Part shown: positions 8,174 to 17,991 of the stretch, one piece after another | How positions within the stretch are numbered: position 1 is the stretch's first letter | Layout: each line of letters opens with the position of its first letter | From: Catajapyx aquilonaris | Taxonomy: Eukaryota | NCBI GenBank assembly: GCA_000934665.2 | Contig: JYFJ02000239.1 | Coordinates: 124,001 to 158,283, forward strand | Direction: 5' to 3' | Length of the DNA stretch: 34,283 nt | Made by a program: the position numbers and the translations under genes | Notes under the pieces: generated by a model | Told to the model about the DNA's origin: nothing | Database searches by the model: none | What the model saw: the letters and a program-made list of their open reading frames with translations, nothing else

Positions 8174-9507
8174 ATCAGTGCCAGGCGTACAGCATCCGCA
8201 CCAGGCTCATCTGCAACCGCTTCCAGAGGTGTAAAGACAATGCCGCCAACAATGCCGCGATTTTCTTGCTCAGCATGTGGTAAGGCATACAGATCGAAGG
8301 AGAGTGTGCAGAGGCACATACTGTTCTCATGTTATGAGCAGAGTGAGAAAACGGCATGTGATATGTTTCCATGCAATGCGTGTGGGGTTACTTTCAAGAA
8401 TAAGGGCACCTTGGTTGTTCACCGTAAAAGCAAGAAGTGCATCAAGAAGACGCTGGAGAACAAACACTTGAAAGGCTGCTGGGATCCCGGCTGCGAGCTC
8501 AGTTTTTCTCTTAGGTCGCAAATGATTGCGCATTATTACACTGCTCATCTCCAGGGGAATTCTCTAGTTGAGTGCAAGAAGTTTAAAAACATGAGTGATT
8601 TTTTTGAGTGGAAGGTGACTTTGGAGCTGCAAAGTTGTACCCGCTACATTAAGATATGCTCTACGAGGATTGTGAAGGATAATGTGTTGTATTCATATTA
8701 TGCTTGTCAGATAGATGGTTTCTCAAAGCCTCATACTGCGAGAAAAGCAGAAGGCAGGTTGATACCCGGATCAATTAAAACTGATCTGAATTGCCGAGCA
8801 AGGATGATTGCCAAATCCGCCAATCCGCCAAATCCGGACAGTGTAGTCGTGCATTTGTGTGCCTACCACACTCATCCCTTGGAATCAAAAATTGTGATGG
8901 CTGTGATGTTTCCAAAGAAAGAGGTAAGTATAGGATCAATGAGCGAGTTTCACGGATGCTTAATTACCGTGACGAACGTCACTATAGGGGCATGCGAATT
9001 CCCAGGAATGATGTGGTTCGAATTCAAGAGGGCACCTACATAGTCTATTCACAGACCGATATAGATACACCATACACGGTAAAACTATACTATGATCAAA
9101 TATGTGGGTCGGATTCTTGCTATAAAACTTGCAGAGAGCCAGGATGCTTTGATCTTTGTGGTGATATGTATCACTGCTTTTGCCCAGATCCCAGTCTAAT
9201 ATGCAAGCACATTCACAAAGTCCGTGCCATTAGACGGGCAGGTGATATTCCTATAAGTAGTAGGGATGCATCTTACCTCGGAAGTGTTGTAAATGATGAT
9301 TCTGAAATAGTAGAGGAGTCTGTTTCACAGGAGCTGCCGAAATCGAGCAAAGAAGACTTGACTGAATTTAACAAGAAATTGCGTGCCCTCGCAGAGTATG
9401 CTGCAATGCCAAAGATTCAAGGAACAATATTGCCAGAAATGAGAAGAAAAATCAGTGAATTACATGCTACTTGTGCAGCTGTTTGTAATGAAAGTGACCC
9501 TGCATAG
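8174..9507 (+). pseudogene. MULE-derived zinc-finger gene, copy 2: start-codon loss and frameshift; may still encode a 267-aa finger/WRKY-only product from ATG 8240
   Basis: The start homologous to copies 1 and 3 is ATC (8174-8176), in frame with ATG 8240. Homology is split over ORFs 8240..9043 (fingers, WRKY-like) and 8791..9507 (SWIM, tail). One extra A in the A5 run 8887-8891 would fuse them. The SWIM module has H>D and H>R changes. 5'UTR intron 8109..8164. Confidence 0.7.
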
Positions 9508-10167
9508 CTCACTTTCAGGGGAGGAAAAGACATCAATGCTCACATACAATCTTTGGGACGAAATGTAGATTGACTGTTAGATTGACTGTTTAATTACTGC
9601 TCCAGTTGGTACGCGTACAGGTTATTCAACTAACAAATTAATATGAGCATAATACCTGGACTTATACTGGCAATGGCTTAGTTCTTTACCACTTAATGTG
9701 TAAAAGGTGATTAGGTGTTTATCAAAATGTTGTTGCAAAAGAAACTGATGAGTCAGACAAACCACAAATGACAAGGATGACATTTGGGAACAATTTTGAT
9801 CACACAGCAGGTGTATGTGATGCATTTATCCATTGTTTCACATGTGGCAGAACTACACTCATTTCAGCTGCATGAGTGTTTTTTTTTTAAAGTATGAAAG
9901 TAGCACTTATAGTTTCTAGCAGTGGACAATCATAATATTGTTCGGGTTTTTGCAATTAAAAGTGGCAAGAGATGACAATGTTGTGCCCAAAAAAACATCC
10001 TGGTCCTGAGAAAAAAGTGATAGCCATATGTGAACAAGCAATCTCGTACAATCATAAAAGGCATAATAATGCACAGAAAGGGATGATGTATTTTCTTAAG
10101 GATATGCCATACGTGTTTTGTACGAATAATTTTTCCAAGATATGGTGTTAGTGTCACATAGTGTATA

Positions 10168-10314
10168 CCGTATATGACGGCATATAAGATGCACCTGCAT
10201 TTCAGTAGATTATGTTCAGGGGAAAAAACTTTCATTATATTTTTTCGCATATAAGCGATTTTTTGACCCATTTTTGGGGGGAAGAGCGTGTGTCCTATAT
10301 GCCATCTATTACAG
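10168..10314. mobile_element. MITE, paralogous copy of 5478..5647 at the same relative position
   Basis: TA|CCGTATATGACGGCATATAAGATGCAC ... GTGTGTCCTATATGCCATCTATTACAG|TA, with the same flanks as the first copy (gtgtata...cagtaattatttggaat). Confidence 0.72.
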
Positions 10315-11002
10315 TACAGTAATTATTTGGAATAAAATATGACGCTAAGTCACTAGTTATTCAGAATTAAAGAGCTACGTGGACTGAAATTGCTGAAGAA
10401 CTGAATTAAAATTGTGTTCATTTTGGAATTTTCCCATGTATAGGTCGTCATTAAGCCCATGCTGTTCATCTACATGCCCAATTGGCTAGTGTTAATTTGA
10501 AAACCAGATGTGGTTTAGCATTGTGTTTGGAAATAGGTCCTAATAATGTGCAAATCTGATTCTGGCCCGTTTATTTCTGTAGTTAACTGTTCTCTGTAAA
10601 CCGCTGGAAAAGTTTGGGCATAAGTTATTAAATAATGGTTCATATTTTTTTTGTTATTTTAAATTCTGCACTTATGGAACATAGCCACTGTGCTTAATAA
10701 TTGATTCCAGTGAAACCTCCATAAATAATAAGAGTGTCATTTCCTGGACAATTTTCATATCGGAGTGTGTACACGACTGCTCCGCCGCCAGATGGCAGAG
10801 TGAGCTGATGTAGTTTGCATTGTTTGAGAGGTGGCCACTAGAGGCGCTTTTTACGACTCTCCAGCCGTTCCCTGAGGAAGTCAACTCTGTTGCTGGAGGA
10901 CAACACAAATTCCTTTGGTTTCTTGTCAACATTGGTGGTATGGTTGCATCCTTTTGCTTCATTATGCCGTAAGTTAACGTGCGTTCCTTTCAGTGTCGCA
11001 TC

Positions 11003-12382
11003 ATGAGTGCAGAATCCGCGCAGGCGTCATCTACAACCACTTCCAAAGGTGTAACGATGCCTCGAGTGAAGGTATGGCTGTGTTCAGCATGTGGTAAGCA
11101 GTACAGCAGGAAGGATAACCTGCGGAGGCACACACAATCGTGTGGTTTGGAGCCGACTAGGACGAAAACTTTGTTTTCGTGTGATGCGTGCGGGGTTGCT
11201 TTCAAGCTTAAGGCTAGCCTGGCTGGTCACCATAAAAGCGGGAAATGTGGCAAGAAGACGCTGGAGAAGAAAAGATGCTGGGATCCCGGCTGCAAGCTCA
11301 AGTTCTTTCACAGGTCGAAAATGATTGCGCACTATTCGGATGCGCATCTCCAGGGGAATTCTCAGGTTGTGTGCAAGACGTTTAAAAACATGGGTGATTT
11401 TTTTGAATGGAAGGTGACTTTGGAGTTGAAAAGTTTTACCCGCTATGTTAAGACTTGTGGTACAAGGATGTCAAAGGAGAATGTGTCTTATTTGTATTAC
11501 GCTTGTCAGAGGGATGGCTCGTCAAAGCCTCACGCTGCGAGAAAAACTGAACGTAGGTTGAAACGCAGCTCAGTTAAAACTGATCTGAATTGCCCTGCAA
11601 GGATGCTAGTTAAACAGTATCCAGACAAGGTAGTAGTGGATTTCTGTAGCTTCCACACACATCCCATAAAAGAAGAGCGGACTGATAGCTTGCCAAAGAG
11701 AAAGAAAAGTAAGAAAACAAAAAGTGCAGAGAAGGATACACAAACTTTGTTAACCAAAAGAGGCACGAAGGTTGGTCGGAACAATGACAGCCGTCACTGT
11801 AACGGCATGCAAATTTCCGGGGATGATGTGGTTCGTATTCAGGAAGGTACATACATAGTTACTTCACAGTCTAACTCAGAAATAGCATACTCTGTAAAAG
11901 TAAAGTTTGACAAATGTATAGCTGATTCATGCTTCGAAATTTGCACAGAGCCAGAATGCTTTGATCTTTGTGGTCATTTGTACCATTGCATGTGTTCAGA
12001 TGTGAGTCTAATGTGCACGCACATACACAAAGTTCATGCCATTAGACGGGCAGGCGATATTCCTATAAGTGGTAGGCATGCATGTGACCTCAGAAGTGTT
12101 GCAGAAGATGTTTTCCAAATAGTAGAGGTGCCGGTTTCATATGAATTACCCAAATCAGTAGAGGAAGACTTGACTCAACTGAATGAGGAATTAGATGAAA
12201 TTTCACAGTATGCTACAATGCCAAAGATTCAAGCAACAATATTGCCAGAAATTAGAAGGAAAATCAGTGAATTACATGCTATGTGTATGGCTGTTTGTAA
12301 CGAAAGTGATCCTGCACCACTCGCTTCCATGGGAGGAAAAGATATCAAAGTTCACATACACACTTCGATTAAAAATGCATAG
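11003..12382 (+). CDS. MULE-transposase-derived zinc-finger protein, copy 3 (459 aa): 3 fingers, WRKY/FAR1-like domain, basic NLS-like linker, 1 extended SWIM module, helical tail, no DDE domain
   Basis: Intact ORF from ATG 11003 after 5'UTR intron 10938..10993. CSACGKQYSRKDNLRRH, CDAC..H, CWDPGC..HYSDAH; YYACQRDG...CPARMLVK...CSFHTH; KRKKSKKTK; CGHLYHCMCSD....CTHIHKVH. Confidence 0.82.
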   Translation: MSAESAQASSTTTSKGVTMPRVKVWLCSACGKQYSRKDNLRRHTQSCGLEPTRTKTLFSCDACGVAFKLKASLAGHHKSGKCGKKTLEKKRCWDPGCKLKFFHRSKMIAHYSDAHLQGNSQVVCKTFKNMGDFFEWKVTLELKSFTRYVKTCGTRMSKENVSYLYYACQRDGSSKPHAARKTERRLKRSSVKTDLNCPARMLVKQYPDKVVVDFCSFHTHPIKEERTDSLPKRKKSKKTKSAEKDTQTLLTKRGTKVGRNNDSRHCNGMQISGDDVVRIQEGTYIVTSQSNSEIAYSVKVKFDKCIADSCFEICTEPECFDLCGHLYHCMCSDVSLMCTHIHKVHAIRRAGDIPISGRHACDLRSVAEDVFQIVEVPVSYELPKSVEEDLTQLNEELDEISQYATMPKIQATILPEIRRKISELHAMCMAVCNESDPAPLASMGGKDIKVHIHTSIKNA

Positions 12383-13505
12383 TAGATTGCAGGTTATTTA
12401 ACCCAACTGGGTGCTCACAGTGGCTGGGTTCTTTATCCTTTAATGTGCAAGATAATTTGATGATTATTTAAATGTTACAGGTGGAAGTGTGGCATAAGAT
12501 GGCAGTAAATGGATGAGTCAGATTATCAGTTGAAAAGCAGTCAGATATGGTAACTGACCACAACAACAAGCATGACATGTGGGAACAGTTTAGGTTATGC
12601 ATCAAGTGTACTTGGTGCATATCTGGAAAAAACTATACTAATTAAAAATGAAAAAACACCTATATTTTTAACCGCATACAACATGTTTATGTTTTTGCAA
12701 CAAGTGATGAAAGGTGCACATTCTTGTGCCCAAAAACACTTAAAGTATTCTGAAAGGAAGTGATAACCATGTAAACTATTCAATAATATTGTAAAAGGAA
12801 ACGTCATGCACTGAACGAGATTGTATTTTTCTTAAGGAAATGCAGTGCTACTAATATAATGGTTTTTGTATGTCAATAATTTTATAAGGTATGGTGCAAG
12901 TGTCAACTAGTGTACAATTTTTTGGACTAATCACTATTGATTCAGAATGAAAAAAGAACGTGGACTGAATTTGACGAGGAACTGAACTAAGTTGTTCATT
13001 TTGGGAATTTTTCATGTAGGTCTTCATTAAGCAGATGTTCAGCGACATGCCCAATTGGCTAGTGTTAATTTGAAAACCAGACGTGGTTCATCATTGTGAT
13101 TGGAATATGGGCCCAAATTATGCATAAAACTCATTCTGTCCTGTTTTTCTGTAGTTAAGAGCTAATTGTTCTGAAAACGGTTGGAAAATTTTGGCCATAA
13201 TAAAATTTTCTTCTTTTCTGTTATACACCTATGGAACATGGAAGACGTAATTGAATCCTAGAGTGAAGCCTGTAAATAGTGGGCTTGTGCCATTTCATGA
13301 AAATGTTATACCTCAGAATGTCCACTACATCAGACACCATTCAGAACCGGGAAAGAATTTACAGTGCATTTACTTGTCAGAATATTGGTGCCACAAATTC
13401 GCATGCTTTTTGAATCTGGGCCCACATTCAGCTAAAGAGGGCAATTTTTCATGCCCTCAAGCCCATAATTTGTCCCAATCCTTATTTGCAGAAGTTGCGA
13501 TCAAT

Positions 13506-13837
13506 AATTGATTGGGTATTCGGCTAGCCCCGTAAGGGGCCTTCTGCCAGACCTCTATTTAGATGGTGTACAATTTTTGGGAATCCTATTTTTGAACCGC
13601 CCGGGCCCACGGGCAGGATGACAGGAGGGGATGTGCAAAGTGCAGTGAATCTGACGCTGTGGCCATTTTTAGTGAACTCCCCGGGTGGTTTAGTCTGTAG
13701 GAAATACCACCCGAGACGAAGCCAGAGGTGACCCCAAACTCTGCACGAGATGAAGGGGGTGTCCCCGGGCTGGGATCGAACCCGGGACCTTAACATCCGT
13801 GGGCGCGCACGTTACCGCGGCGCCACTCCGTCTCCCT
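13506..13837 (-). mobile_element. Full-length tRNA-derived SINE (~332 bp) with 15-bp target-site duplication
   Basis: On the minus strand: A box TGGCGCCGCGG (13825-13815), B box GGTTCGATCCC (13782-13772), 3' hairpin GCCCC-TTAC-GGGGC (13540-13527) and a CAATCAAT tail. The perfect direct repeat GAAGTTGCGATCAAT lies at 13491-13505 and 13838-13852. Confidence 0.85.
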
Positions 13838-14164
13838 GAAGTTGCGATCAATGCCCTTTAATACAGAACCAATATTCCTCTACATAGTTTTTCTAAAAAT
13901 GCCATCCAGGTTCTGCTTTATTAGACAAAAACATACTGATAATAATCCTTTCAATCTCCCAGAACTGAAAAGTTTTTCTGCAGTAGACAATATATTGTCA
14001 GCTATATGCACGGTCCATTCTACGGTAAATGTGGCCTGGCCTTGTGACTATGTTACAAGGTCATACTGAAGGTAAAGCAGGCCATAGTTCACCTTGGTTT
14101 ATGGTCAGACTCTGAACACATACAAAATTAATTGGAAATTCCCTATGACAGTTTTCTATATATT

Positions 14165-14371
14165 TTTCAACTTCACTCTCCGGTGCAAGGAAACAGGGAC
14201 ATTGGGAACAGGTAGGGATTTTTGGGGAGGGAACATGGGAGCAAGTGCAATGTCGGTAAAGGGGGACCCTCCTGATGCAGGTGAAAAGAAAACTCCCCAG
14301 GCAGGGATCGAACCTGGGGCCTTTCACTTAGCAAGCCGAGACGTTACCATATCGGCCATCTACACCTCCCC
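14165..14371 (-). mobile_element. Second tRNA-derived SINE-like element (head 14371..14295; 3' boundary uncertain)
   Basis: A box TGGCCGATATGG (14358-14347) and B box GGTTCGATCCC (14314-14304). There is no acceptor-stem pairing, so it is not a tRNA gene. The body is unrelated to the first SINE, and no TSD was found. Confidence 0.6.
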
Positions 14372-17300
14372 AATAGACCACACTTATTTATCTTGAAACT
14401 TAATTTGCCCCAATTTGACTTGGCTCGTTCGCATGCATCAGTGGTCCATTAACAAAATATATGTGTTAAAATCTACTTACTGGACCACAGAGAAATTATT
14501 AGTACGGAGTTCTATAATGCATACCTTTACAAGGATGTACAGCTGTGGTGAGGGTATCTCTACACCACCAGATCCAGGCAACTTCGTCCTCCTTCCAGAC
14601 CAGGAGTAGGAATGTTAACTATTGGCCACTACACAGATACCCGCCAAACTACTCCCTCCAAATGTCAGCTGTGGTCCATTTATGTCAACTTTGGAAGGTG
14701 TGGTGTATTTGACCTTGGACTGAGCAGTGCCCTACAGTAATTGCTACATTGTACTACATTGTACAACAAGAAATTAATGGAAAGGCACCAGAGAGGGCAA
14801 GCAAATGAAAGTGTTTGGGTCTTCACCTTCAGTAAATGCAAAGGATGTTTAGGAGTAAAATCCAAGCACAAAATTCTTCTATCAAAACTGTGTATTTACC
14901 TTGCTTATAATAATAATTACATACACATTGTACAAGGTATTGCTTCACTGTAAACAACTTGACCTCAGCACAGACTGGTGGACAGGATAAAATTCTCTCC
15001 TTGGGTGGGGTATGTATATAAGCAAAGAAATTTTGTTTGAAAACTGAAAAAGCAGAACGTCTTTTCTCCAAAGGAATGTCGGCTGTTGCTTGAGCATTTC
15101 CTACAGGAAGCTTCTCACACGTTTCTCTTGTAAAAGTCATGTACTCTATAATGTACTGGAATGCTACCGTCATATGGATCCATCTCTTGTCGACCAGGGA
15201 AAAAAAAAATCAAATCAAAAAAAAGGGGTCAGTGATTTTCCACCTGTTCGCCAGACTATGCTGCGATCTCTCAATGAAAACTAATACTCTAAACAAAAAA
15301 TAATAATTCAACATACTGGAACCTATAGCGGGCAAGATGTTACAACCTCCATCTCCTGGGGATGGGCCAAAAATCTCTCCTCATTTTTTTTCCACCATTA
15401 TAATAATAATTATTACACTTCCAGCCCACCATCGACTTTGGTACAGTAACAGGCCACTCCAAATAAAAACCTGCTTGTTATCATTATTATAATTATTATT
15501 ACACCTCGTGCGAATCTGCATACAATCGGGTTCAAGTAAAATCACAAGTACACTTAAAAAGGAAAAACACAAATAAAAATGGTTGGGAAAATAAGCTTTG
15601 CTTATTTTTCCCATTTCACGATTTGTCCAAGCTTAGCTTGCAGTGGTTATGACCATTCAACATAAAAATCTCCCGAATTACTAACACAAAAGTGTATGCC
15701 TTTGTTTCGCTCTTTTTTCGTCCCTCCTTTCAAGTTTTGGCATATGAAAATACAAACCTTCTTTTCTTGTCCCCCACTTAATATAAATACCACAACGGGA
15801 TTTTTTTCCATATTTTTTCTTAAAAAATCACAGATGTTCAGGGTGCAACAAGGTCACATGTTCATATTTTCTTCTCTCCTACCCTCCCCTCTAAAACCCC
15901 CATGAAACTTATCTATAAAAAAAAGGATTTCTAGCATTATTTATTAAAATAATTCCTTTTTTTTTTCTTCAAAAAAAAAAAAAACACTCCCCTCCCAGAT
16001 ATTGCAACGGAGGTTTCCGACTTCAAAAAAATGCATTTATCATCAGTGTTTTGCACCCCTTTTTCTCACCGCGTGTGTACAGTGTTATTGCATATTCCAT
16101 TTACTGATTGCCACTTGTGCCTCTAAAACCTGCTTTTGGCATTGCAGATCAAAAACCGGCAAATTGGTGAATAAACAATGTAAGATGAAGATGAGCTCCC
16201 GTTAAAAATAAAATTAATTAAAAACTGACAAAAATGCACACCAATATTATCAGCTGCATATAAGTTAAAAATGTGAGGTATGTACGCTAGAAACTAAAAG
16301 GAAATATGGCACATAAAAATAACAATTTCACCATTTTTTGTCACTGGAATGATCCCGTAGCAAGACCCCTTTGAAAAAAAAAAAAAACAAAAAAAGTTTC
16401 CAGCATGGAGAACACTACATATGATATTAGTAGTTAGCAAATAATAGAAAGTGGGGGAGGGTAGGGGAAAAAACTTTGGTTAAGTCTTCAAAGGCACTTA
16501 TTATTATTTTAAATTCTGTTTAGCACATTATCTCATGGGGAGGGAGCGGATGTGCTGAATTAAAGCAAGAAAAGCTGGGTAATGCAAATTAAAAACATAA
16601 CAATCCTACAAAAAGAAGAGCGAAAAATGACTAGCTGTCCCCCTTTTTTTGCATGGAGCTTGCAAATAATTATAATTAAAAAAAAACTGGCCAGCTTTTC
16701 TCCTTTTTCTTTAAAAATCCTCGTGAAGGGTGGTCACCAGAAGGTTCGCATTTATTTGGCACTTGAGCACTCGCTCGCTTTCCTCATTTCCCTCTCTCGC
16801 TTTCTCTTTACGCATCTTGCTGTTTTATGGCAATCTGAAGAATAACTTAAAAATTTGCAATAACCTCACTCTGAATGTATCCAATCTCTCTCACTCCAAA
16901 GATCACTTTCATTCTCTAAGTCGTCTTGATTCCTGTGCCTCGATGACAAGTGTTGTGCACACAACTAAGTTTATTATTTTTTTTAAATGTATTCTTTCAT
17001 GAGAGTTACTTAAATGCAGACAAAGCACACCTACCAATGTGTAAGGCACACTTCCTTACTATCAAAATATACTATGCACAATAGTTAAAATAACAAACAC
17101 AAAAAGGCACTCTATTTACAGGGATTTTTTTTTCTCAGCACATATCTTTTTCCGTTATAAAGGCGAAAAGTGGGGGAGGGAAAAAAAATCTTAGATTTTT
17201 TTTCTTATTACGTGTAGCTCTACAATTGATAAGGTTTTGGGAGAGAAAAAAGAAATTTGATCCCCTCGTACATTACACAGGCCACCAAATTTTGCAGGCA

Positions 17301-17991
17301 TTTTGAAAATGTGCACCGAAGTTGTCATGCCCCCTTTTTTTTGCCTAAATTTGTACACTAGTGTTCAAAAATGGAAGCCTTTCAATATGTTGATTTTTGT
17401 GTGTGATTTCAGACCCCACAAGTGTCCGAAAAACTAAGCCACATGATTTGTTAGGCACAAAAATTTGTTTCACCCAATTTGCAGTGGTCATGTAAAAAAA
17501 TCACAATGCGATGCTGATCTGACTCCCGAGAGACCGTTGCTGTTGTTTGGTTTTCGTGGCCTGCTTTCTCTCTCTTTCTCTTTATTTCGGTTTTTCTATT
17601 TTTTGTTCCTTCCACAACAAGCGATGTGGATATCCGTAACTGAAAAATCCACTGAACCTGCACGTACTTCCACAGAAAAAGGCAACTAATCCCTGGGTAT
17701 TGTTGTCCCACGAAACAAAACAGCACAACACAGGCCCCCAAGTTCCTGGTCCTTAATATTTTTTTCTTCATATTTTTATGGTTATATGTATATGGTTAAG
17801 GGACGTAACAAACAAAATTTTATAACTGACCTTGCCACTGTTATTTTTTTATATCACTGTGTTCTGTTCACTGGGTTAAGGTTGCGGAAGGCTGAGTATT
17901 GCTCTGCACATTGCTGGGGAGGTGGGAGGGGTGGGGTGGGATCACTGGCTAACACAGACCAAGCGTGTATGTGTATGTGTGTGTGTAATAA

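Larger units (their letters stand above)
2650..13310 (+). repeat. Three-unit direct tandem duplication (units ~2650-7930 including the Helitron, ~7960-10740, ~10780-13310; boundaries approximate)
   Basis: Homology covers promoter, intron, CDS and about 1 kb of 3' flank. Examples: ttgaaaaccaga.gtggtt at ~5833, ~10497 and ~13070; ggaaaa.tttgg.cat at ~5950, ~10606 and ~13183. Confidence 0.88.

Noticed and set aside
8881..8900. Programmed -1 ribosomal frameshift joining the two copy 2 ORFs
   Set aside because: A-AAA-ATT does not fit the X-XXY-YYZ slippery pattern, and the paralogs are uninterrupted. A 1-nt deletion or sequencing error is simpler.
2650..13310. Three autonomous MULE transposon insertions
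   Set aside because: There is no DDE domain and I saw no TIRs or TSDs. The units are head-to-tail duplicates sharing flanks and intron.
13760..14371. Two tRNA genes
   Set aside because: A and B boxes are present, but there is no acceptor stem or full cloverleaf. The first is flanked by a TSD, so both were called SINE-like.
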